From a bacterium (GTDB lineage Bacteria; Krumholzibacteriota; Krumholzibacteriia; LZORAL124-64-63): DNA of 64,000 nt. The translations under genes were made by a program, and so were the position numbers. The first letter of the stretch is position 1. Each line of letters starts with the position of its first letter. Positions 57,244 through 64,000 of the stretch are shown here, piece after piece. Location: NCBI GenBank assembly GCA_031441465.1, contig JANOEP010000013.1:18562-82561 (forward strand), written 5' to 3'. The notes under the pieces were generated by a model. It was not told where the DNA came from and ran no database searches. It saw nothing but the letters and a program-made list of their open reading frames with translations.

Positions 57244-57387
57244 GCTAGCCCCTGTCATGATGATCCGCCCGGTGCGAGAGCCGCTTCAGTATACATGATT
57301 CGGCGAGGCGTGGGCACGCGGTCAGTCCCCGCATAGGCGGGCGTTCCCGTCGAACTACGTCATGGAGAGATGCCGGGATGAATTCGA

Positions 57388-57867
57388 TTAGGGGGCGGCG
57401 GGCGCCGCCGCCTCGAGCGGGGTTCTCGAATACATCCCCACCGGATGCCCGGCAGGATCGACGACCAGCGCCACGGCGCCCGCCCCATCCGACAGGTCGA
57501 AGGGGAATCCCGGCGGGATCGTCCCACCCAGTCGCGTCGCCTCCGCGCAGCGGTCGCGGATGTCGGCGACCAGGATGTAGACCACGCCGTTGTAGGGGCT
57601 GACGGCGCCTTCGGCGACGCGCAGCGTCCCGATCGCCTCGCCGCCGGCGACGATCTCCACCGCCAGGTCGGTGCCCTGCAGGGGCGCGAACGTCCAACCG
57701 AACAGACCGCCGTAGAACTTCTGCGACAGCTGCAGGTCGCTCGAGGTGAGATCGAACCAGGCGACGCGGCCGGGGGCGGCGCCCGGGGGCGCGTGGGGAG
57801 ATTTCGCGAAGCCGGAGCCTGTGGCGAGGATCATCATCGTGGCGAGCGCCAGCGGGAACGTGCGCAT
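57388..57867 (-). CDS. VOC family protein with signal peptide
   Basis: VAWFDL..FYGGLFGW..DPAGH. Confidence 0.82.
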   Translation of the reverse strand: MRTFPLALATMMILATGSGFAKSPHAPPGAAPGRVAWFDLTSSDLQLSQKFYGGLFGWTFAPLQGTDLAVEIVAGGEAIGTLRVAEGAVSPYNGVVYILVADIRDRCAEATRLGGTIPPGFPFDLSDGAGAVALVVDPAGHPVGMYSRTPLEAAAPAAP

Positions 57868-58129
57868 GGAGACTCCTTGCAGTTGCGGCCGGGGCGGCCC
57901 GGCGGTTCGGTGATCGCGAGGCGGCGGACTCGAGCGTAGCCCGGCAAGGGCGCCGGCGACAACAGGAACCAGGATATCTCCCTCTTTCCATAGCGCTGCG
58001 TTGAAATTGAATCATCAATAATGTTAAAATCCGGGCGCTCTCGACGCGCCGAGAGACCCGCCGAGAGAATCGCCCTTTCCATATCCGGCCGGCCCACCCA
58101 TCGCCGCCCTACGGGGAAAGGAATCCATC

Positions 58130-60598
58130 ATGCGACTCCAGCACGATTCGGGTCATGCGTTCGCCTCCTCTCGGCGGGCCTCGGCGTTGCTGTCGGCCGT
58201 CCTGTTGGCGCTGAGCCTGCTGTCGGGAAGCGGCGGCGACGTCCTGGCCGCCACCTGGTTCGCCGACACCACCCGGCCGGACGACGGCGGCGACGGTCTC
58301 GCCTGGGCTTCGGCCAAGCAGACGATCGGCGCAGCCATCGCCGCCTCGGCCGCCGGGGACACGATCCTCGTGAAGTACGGCCACTATCCGATCGGCGAGG
58401 CGCTGCTGCTGTCGAGCGACCGCCGCCTCGGCTCGGACGACGGCACACACACGAGCTGGGACGCGGCTCTGCCGGACTCGAGCCGGTGCGTCGTCGCCGC
58501 CGACGCCACCTGCCGCGTGATGACGATCAGCGGCGCCGCCGTGAGCGCGGCCACGGTCGTGCGCGGCTTCACGCTGACCGGCGGCGACGCCACCGGCGAG
58601 GGCGACCCCAACTACGGCTACGGCGGCGGGCTGGACATCAACGGCGGGGCCGACCCCGTCGTGGAGCGCTGCCGCATGACCGGCAACCTGGCGGGCCACA
58701 CCTTCAACGGCAACGGCGGCGGCGTCAGCGTGCGCGGCGCGGGCAGCGCGGCCGAGATCCGCTTCTGCCGGATCGACGACAACACGGGTTCCAGCGCCTG
58801 GTACAGCTACGGCGGCGGGCTCTACGTGGGCGGCAGCGTCAGCACCCTGGTCCGCAACTGCACGATCGAATCCAACCGCAGCTCCATCGCCCGCGTCGGC
58901 AACGGCGGCGGCGTCGCCTACTACGGCGGCGGCGGGGAAATCCGCGACTGCGTGATCTCGGGCAACATCGCCTCGACGCTGAGCACGGGCGTTGGCGGCA
59001 ACGGCGGCGGCCTCTACACCTACACCGCCGGTGCCGTCCTGGTCGTCCGGAACTGCGACATCACGGACAACATTGCCGCGGAGCCCGACGGCGGCCAGGG
59101 CATCGGCGGCGGCGTCTGCCTGATCACCGGGATGGGCGTCGAGATCTACGATTGCCTCATCGCCGGCAACGTGGCGTCGGTCCGCGGCGCCGGATACGGC
59201 GGCGGGATCAGGACCGGCAGCGGCGCGATCATCCGCGGCAACCGGATCGAGGACAACCTGGCCTCCAGCTCGGCCGGCGCGAACGGCTCCGGCGGGGGCG
59301 CGCTCCTCGCCGACAGCAACACGAGCTTCCGGGAAAACGTCGTCGTCGGCAACACCGCCTCCCTGCACGGCACCGGCTACGGCGGGGGCATCTACTTCGA
59401 GTCGACCAACGCGATCGAGCGCAACCTGGTCTGGGGAAACGTCGCCAACGCGAACGGGGACGGATACGGCGGCGGCATCTACACCGACGGCGGTTACCAC
59501 ACGTCCCTGCGCAACAACACCATCGTGCGCAACGCCAACACGCTCAACCCCGCGGCCGCCGGCGGCGGCAGCGGCACCTACCTCGCCGCGAGCGGTCCGC
59601 CCTACCTGGAGAACAACCTCATCTGCGACCACGACGTGGCCGGCAGCGACGGTGTCGGCGTCTACTCTGCCGCCGCACTGACCATCGGCTACCACGGCTT
59701 CCACAACAACGTCGGCGGGAACACGAACCCCCTCATCGTCTCGCAGTACCAGCAGTTCGGCGATCCGCGCTTCACGGATGCAACCGACGGCGACTACACG
59801 TTGAGCTACGATTCGCCCTGCATCGAAGGCGGCAACCCGGCGACCGCCGTGCCCGCCAACGGCGGGTGGCGGGTGGACATCGGCGCGTTCGAGTACACGG
59901 GAACACGGCACTGGCGCGCCGTCGGCGGCGCCGGCGAGTACCTGTTCGGCGGGCGGGTGAAGGCCAAGGTGAACCTGACCGCAGCGGGCACGCTGAGTGC
60001 GATCGACATGGTCGTGCATCCCGGAGAGCAGCACCCGCTGGCGCCGGGGAGCGTGGTGCGCTACTACGAGATCGACGCTGCGGGCGGCGGGGCCCTTTTC
60101 GATCTGACGCTGAGCTACCTCGAGGCGGAGTTGGCCGGAGCCGACGAAGACAGCTTGGGGCTCTGGCGCCGGGAAGGCGGCGCCTGGGAGGGGCCCAAGC
60201 ACCCGCTCACTGCGGATGCGACGGCGAACTGGCTCACGGTCGGTGGACAGAGCGCCTTCAGCGAGTGGATGATCGCCGAGTTCGGCACCAGCGTCGGCGC
60301 ACCCGTGCCGGCGGCGCCGGCCGCGCTCGCGCTGTCACCGAACCACCCGAACCCCTTCAACCCGACGACGAGCCTACGGTACCGGCTGCCGGCGGCGGGA
60401 TGGGCGCGGCTCGCGGTGTACGACGCCGCCGGCCGCCTGGTGCGCGTGCTGGTCGACGGTGCGCAGACTGCGGGCGAACACCAGGTGAGCTGGGACGGGC
60501 GCGACGCGGATGGGCGCGAACTGCCCAGCGGTCTGTATCTCTGCGATCTGCAGGCCGACGGCCAGAGCGTGGTGCGCAAGCTGCTGCTTGCGCGGTAG
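58130..60598 (+). CDS. secreted right-handed beta-helix (GGG/N-repeat) protein with FlgD-Ig/CTD-like domain
   Basis: DG..WASA..TI..AI, many N..GGG repeats, SPCI.GG..DIGAFE, PNPFNP. Confidence 0.85.
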   Translation: MRLQHDSGHAFASSRRASALLSAVLLALSLLSGSGGDVLAATWFADTTRPDDGGDGLAWASAKQTIGAAIAASAAGDTILVKYGHYPIGEALLLSSDRRLGSDDGTHTSWDAALPDSSRCVVAADATCRVMTISGAAVSAATVVRGFTLTGGDATGEGDPNYGYGGGLDINGGADPVVERCRMTGNLAGHTFNGNGGGVSVRGAGSAAEIRFCRIDDNTGSSAWYSYGGGLYVGGSVSTLVRNCTIESNRSSIARVGNGGGVAYYGGGGEIRDCVISGNIASTLSTGVGGNGGGLYTYTAGAVLVVRNCDITDNIAAEPDGGQGIGGGVCLITGMGVEIYDCLIAGNVASVRGAGYGGGIRTGSGAIIRGNRIEDNLASSSAGANGSGGGALLADSNTSFRENVVVGNTASLHGTGYGGGIYFESTNAIERNLVWGNVANANGDGYGGGIYTDGGYHTSLRNNTIVRNANTLNPAAAGGGSGTYLAASGPPYLENNLICDHDVAGSDGVGVYSAAALTIGYHGFHNNVGGNTNPLIVSQYQQFGDPRFTDATDGDYTLSYDSPCIEGGNPATAVPANGGWRVDIGAFEYTGTRHWRAVGGAGEYLFGGRVKAKVNLTAAGTLSAIDMVVHPGEQHPLAPGSVVRYYEIDAAGGGALFDLTLSYLEAELAGADEDSLGLWRREGGAWEGPKHPLTADATANWLTVGGQSAFSEWMIAEFGTSVGAPVPAAPAALALSPNHPNPFNPTTSLRYRLPAAGWARLAVYDAAGRLVRVLVDGAQTAGEHQVSWDGRDADGRELPSGLYLCDLQADGQSVVRKLLLAR

Positions 60599-60652
60599 GC
60601 AGGAAGCCCGGACCAGGGGATCGGCGTGCTCATTGCAGATCACGCCGAACCA

Positions 60653-61226
60653 TCAGAGGTCCTTCATCGCTCGAAGCAGCAGCTCCGACACGCCGAGCGT
60701 CGGTGCCCAGCGTTCGAGATACTTGACCTCCAAAGAACCGCCCTGGACTTTCACCACGCCCAAAATGTCGCGCCATTGCCGTTCCGATGTCTGGTCTCCG
60801 AGCTTGTACCGGACCATCTTGTGAAGCAGCGTGTCCTCCGGGCTTGCAAAGTTGATCGAAACCGCGCCGCCGGGCACGTCGAGTCTCTCAGCGCGCGCGC
60901 GCCATCTCCTCACAAGACCAGGGATCTCCGCGAGCCACAAAGACGTCAGCCTTGAACATCGTTTCGAGATCGACGACGTTGAACGATTCACGCCGGTTGA
61001 TCGCGTCACGGATCATCGCAGAGTCGGCATAGAAGCCGCCGCTGAGCGCGGTTGCAAGGTCGTCCACATGAGAGGGCTTGAGATCCGCGACCAGGTCCAC
61101 ATCCTGCGTGGCGCGAGGAATCCCGTAGAGTGAACTGGCCAGCGAGCCTCCCACGAGATATCGAATTCCAAGTGCGTCGAAAATGCGAACGAGTCTCGCC
61201 AGGACGAGGATGGGCTCGGAGAGCAT
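60653..61226 (-). pseudogene. frameshifted nucleotidyltransferase (AbiEii/DUF6036-like)
   Basis: GGSLAS..PRATQDVD in 60888..61226 continues as SPED.LLHK..RQWRDI in another frame; shift at (GC)6 60891..60902. Confidence 0.7.
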
Positions 61227-61489
61227 CAGTACCCTTCCTTGCCGACATCCCAGCCGAAGGCGCGAACCATCAGCTGCGGATCGAGCCAGCGCGATGCGAC
61301 CCGGAGAGCCAATTCCCGCTCATCGGCGTCAGGGTAACGGCGGCGGACATCGAGCAGCGCAAGCTCCTGCACGGCCCTCGTGAGCGATCGGACACACTCG
61401 AGTTTCTGGGCGTGTGACATGTTGCGGTAGCCGGCGACCAGGTAAGTATCGATCGTCGGGTGGGTGTCGTTCGGAGTGTCTGAACTCAT
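61226..61489 (-). CDS. small helical protein coupled to the nucleotidyltransferase (putative antitoxin)
   Basis: DT.P......YR.MS..QK..RRYP....EL.LR; TGATG overlap with downstream start. Confidence 0.55.
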   Translation of the reverse strand: MSSDTPNDTHPTIDTYLVAGYRNMSHAQKLECVRSLTRAVQELALLDVRRRYPDADERELALRVASRWLDPQLMVRAFGWDVGKEGY

Positions 61490-61603
61490 GGGCTCGTTCT
61501 GTCGCACTTCGCCACCTGTCGTTCGAGTATTGCCCAACTGGGATCCCAACCTTACGTGCTCACGTGCTGCTCCCGGTTGGCAGGATGTGATCCTGTCCAC
61601 AGT

Positions 61604-62656
61604 CTACAACTCCACCAGCAACGACTCCGAGCAGAATCCCGGCCCCAATGACGAAATCAGCCCGTAGCCGCCGCTGCCCGTGCCGTGCGCCTGCAGGTAC
61701 CTCTCCAACACGAACAGGACCGTCGCCGAGGACATGTTGCCGTAGTCGCGCAGCACGCCGCGGGCCAGGTCGAGCTGCTCCGGGCGCAGGTCCAGCGCGT
61801 TCTGGTAGGCCTCCAGAACCTTGGCGCCGCCGGGGTGCAGCAGGAAGGCGCCGAGGTCGGCGATCGTCAGGTCGAAGCGGGACAGGAAGGCGCCCACGTC
61901 CTCGGCCGCAGTCTCCAGGACGATCTCGGGGATCCGCTGGGCGAAGACCACCTGCAGGCCTTCCTGCAACACGGTCCAGCCCATGACGTCCAGCGAGTCG
62001 GGGAAGAAGCGGCTGCCGGTGCCGCGGATCTCCAGCCCGGGACCGTCGACGTCGTCGCCGCAGACCACCGCAGCGCCGGCGCCGTCGGCGAACAGGGCGG
62101 TGGCCACGAGGTTCGCCTTGGAGACGTCGGCCGGCAGGAAGGTCAGGCCGCACAGCTCGGTCGCGACGACCAGGATTTTGGCGCGCGGATGGGCCAGCGC
62201 GTAGTGGTGGGCGTGGGACAGCCCGGCCGCACCGCCGGCGCAGCCCAGGCCCCAGATCGGCGTGCGGCGGATGTCGTGGCGCAGGCCCAGGACGTTGATC
62301 AGGCGCGCGTCGATCGAGGGCGTCGCCAAGCCGGTGGTGTTCACGTAGATGATGTAGTCGATGTCGTGGGGCGCGAGCTGCGCGGCGGCCAGGGCGCGAC
62401 CGGCGGCTTCGGCCGAAAGGCGGGTCGCCTCGGCGGCGTAGAGGGCGCTCTTCTCGGCCATGTCGTGGGAGGTGAAGAACCATTCACGCGGGGCGGCGAA
62501 GTAGCGGGTCGCGATGCCGGAGTTGGAGAACAGCGGCATCAGGCGCTCGAGGTCCGGGATGTGGGCGGCGAACTTCAGGCGGGCCAGGGCTGCGGCTTCG
62601 GCCTGGTCGATGCGGGTGGCGGGGACGCTGGTGCCCACGGAGAGGATCTTGGGCAT
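61604..62656 (-). CDS. type III polyketide synthase (chalcone synthase-like)
   Basis: Triad motifs GLGCAGG, HPGG, GNMSS; LFADG; GPGF. Confidence 0.93.
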   Translation of the reverse strand: MPKILSVGTSVPATRIDQAEAAALARLKFAAHIPDLERLMPLFSNSGIATRYFAAPREWFFTSHDMAEKSALYAAEATRLSAEAAGRALAAAQLAPHDIDYIIYVNTTGLATPSIDARLINVLGLRHDIRRTPIWGLGCAGGAAGLSHAHHYALAHPRAKILVVATELCGLTFLPADVSKANLVATALFADGAGAAVVCGDDVDGPGLEIRGTGSRFFPDSLDVMGWTVLQEGLQVVFAQRIPEIVLETAAEDVGAFLSRFDLTIADLGAFLLHPGGAKVLEAYQNALDLRPEQLDLARGVLRDYGNMSSATVLFVLERYLQAHGTGSGGYGLISSLGPGFCSESLLVEL

Positions 62657-62764
62657 GGGGACTCCTCGGCGGATGACGTGATGGGACGGATCCCTACAGG
62701 GTAAGCCGCTTTCGTGCCGGGCGCTGGCCCGTTCAGGGGAATCGCAGCGACGCCGGCCCCCGGT

Positions 62765-63181
62765 TCACGGATAGAGCCGCTTCATCGCCGCGACCGCGTG
62801 CCTGAGGAGTTTTTCCAGGGCGCCGAGATCGACATCGGAGAGCTTCTTGACGTACAGGCAGACTTTGGCGGTCTTGAACTTGCCCAACTCGGCCAGGATC
62901 GGCTCCGTGCCCTCGAAACCCGAGGAAACGTAGATCGTCAGGTCGGTCTTGCGGGAGGAGAAGCCCAGCAGGCAGGCGTCCCCCTCGCGCCCGCTGGCGT
63001 ACTTGTAGTGATAGCTGTCGAAGCCGACGATGCTCGGCCCCCACATCACGGGCTTCTTCTGCGTGATCCTGGTCATCAGTTCGATCAGGGCGCGGCAGTC
63101 GCGCTGGCGCGCCGCGTCCGGGATGGCGGCGATGTAGTCGCCGACGCTGGCGTCGGTGGGTTTGGTCTTCGCTTCGGCCAA
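62765..63181 (-). CDS. DUF1801 (YdhG-like) protein
   Basis: MWGPSIVGF..YHYKYASGREG, CLYVKKL.DVD; probable TTG start at 63181. Confidence 0.85.
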   Translation of the reverse strand: MAEAKTKPTDASVGDYIAAIPDAARQRDCRALIELMTRITQKKPVMWGPSIVGFDSYHYKYASGREGDACLLGFSSRKTDLTIYVSSGFEGTEPILAELGKFKTAKVCLYVKKLSDVDLGALEKLLRHAVAAMKRLYP

Positions 63182-63247
63182 GGCCGCCTCGTTTCTTTTC
63201 TGGTTCCGGAACACCCGGCGTCATGGCCTCCATCGCGCGGGCGCCGT

Positions 63248-63667
63248 CTACGGCCCGACGGCTCCTCGGATGCCGTCGAGGCGCAGCGGTACTTCGGACC
63301 ACAGCTCCAGGACGCGATACGACCGGGGCTCGGCGGTGGTGCCCGGCCCCGCGCGCCCGATCAGACTTACTACGCTCTCCCCGCGGCGGTCCAACCGAAC
63401 CTCCGTCAGCGTGTCGCGCCGGCCGTCGGTTGTGACGAGCACGGCGTGGACCCTCCCCGCGTGGCGACTGTCGCCGGGAGGGTTGAATTTCAGGCGCAGC
63501 TCACATACGCCGCCGCTCGACTCGAGAGGCCGGTCGAGCTGCAGCGCGACCGCCGTCGATTCGAGGTCGATGGGGCCCCGAGCTAGCTGCGGGGGGCGGG
63601 AACAGCCGGCGACCGCCAAGAGTACGGCCGCGATCGCCTACGCTCGATGCCGGGTATTGATCTTCAA
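63248..63667 (-). pseudogene. lipoprotein gene with an in-frame TAG in the signal peptide
   Basis: MKINTRHRA*AIAAVLLAVAGC.. from TTG 63667; TAG at 63638..63640. Confidence 0.45.
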
Positions 63668-64000
63668 TGTCGGCTTCTTTGTGTTCGTCCCATCCGTGTC
63701 ACCCGTTCGGATTAGATTCGTTGACGATGACGGGCAGCCGCCCCACCCATCGGTCCCACGTTGCAGCATCAGTTGCCAGGTCGCAGACGAAGTCCGCGAC
63801 GTTCGCCATGTCGGTGCTGTCCGGCTTGAAGAGGCTGCTCACGGGGTTCTCGTGAAGCGAGTGTAAACGCCGGCTGAAAAGTGCGGCACCTGTCGCGCCG
63901 GTCTAAAACTGCGGCACCCCTTGCCGCCGGCCGGAAGTAGGCCAGATTCCTCTGGGATTCCCCCAGACGGACCTGGACCCGATCTTCCGGAGGCATGGAG

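Noticed and set aside
63638..63640. Genome-wide TAG recoding or pyrrolysine
   Set aside because: Many genes here end normally at TAG (for example DUF2270, HU-like, ggt); this is a single case.

Overview
GC-rich bacterial chromosomal window. The many signal-peptide proteins ending in a PNPFNP/FlgD-Ig (T9SS-CTD-like) domain suggest an FCB-group organism such as Krumholzibacteriota/Latescibacterota (inference). Housekeeping and metabolic genes (ilvE, hflX, recQ, ggt, HU-like, DnaQ-like exonuclease, CPA2 antiporter, TerC, type III PKS) are mixed with a large secretome, several toxin-antitoxin modules (HipBA-like, HipBST-like, AbrB-Doc, a frameshifted nucleotidyltransferase pair) and an ECF sigma/Ser-Thr kinase pair. 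Main observations: (1) four unrelated secreted proteins share a ~17-aa C-terminal tail VA(N/S)Exx(S/T)WGx(V/L)Kxx(Y/F)R, a candidate protein-sorting signal; (2) a ~4-kb island of IS relics plus hipBA lies between a 1507-aa secreted metalloprotease gene and a decayed ~590-bp copy of that gene's own 3' end; (3) an IS110 relic keeps a structured, bridge/seekRNA-like non-coding end that stops exactly at that gene's stop codon; (4) several AT-rich operator-like motifs, one repeated at two loci. No rRNA, tRNA or CRISPR array was seen. All family calls come from motif recognition by eye, not database searches.
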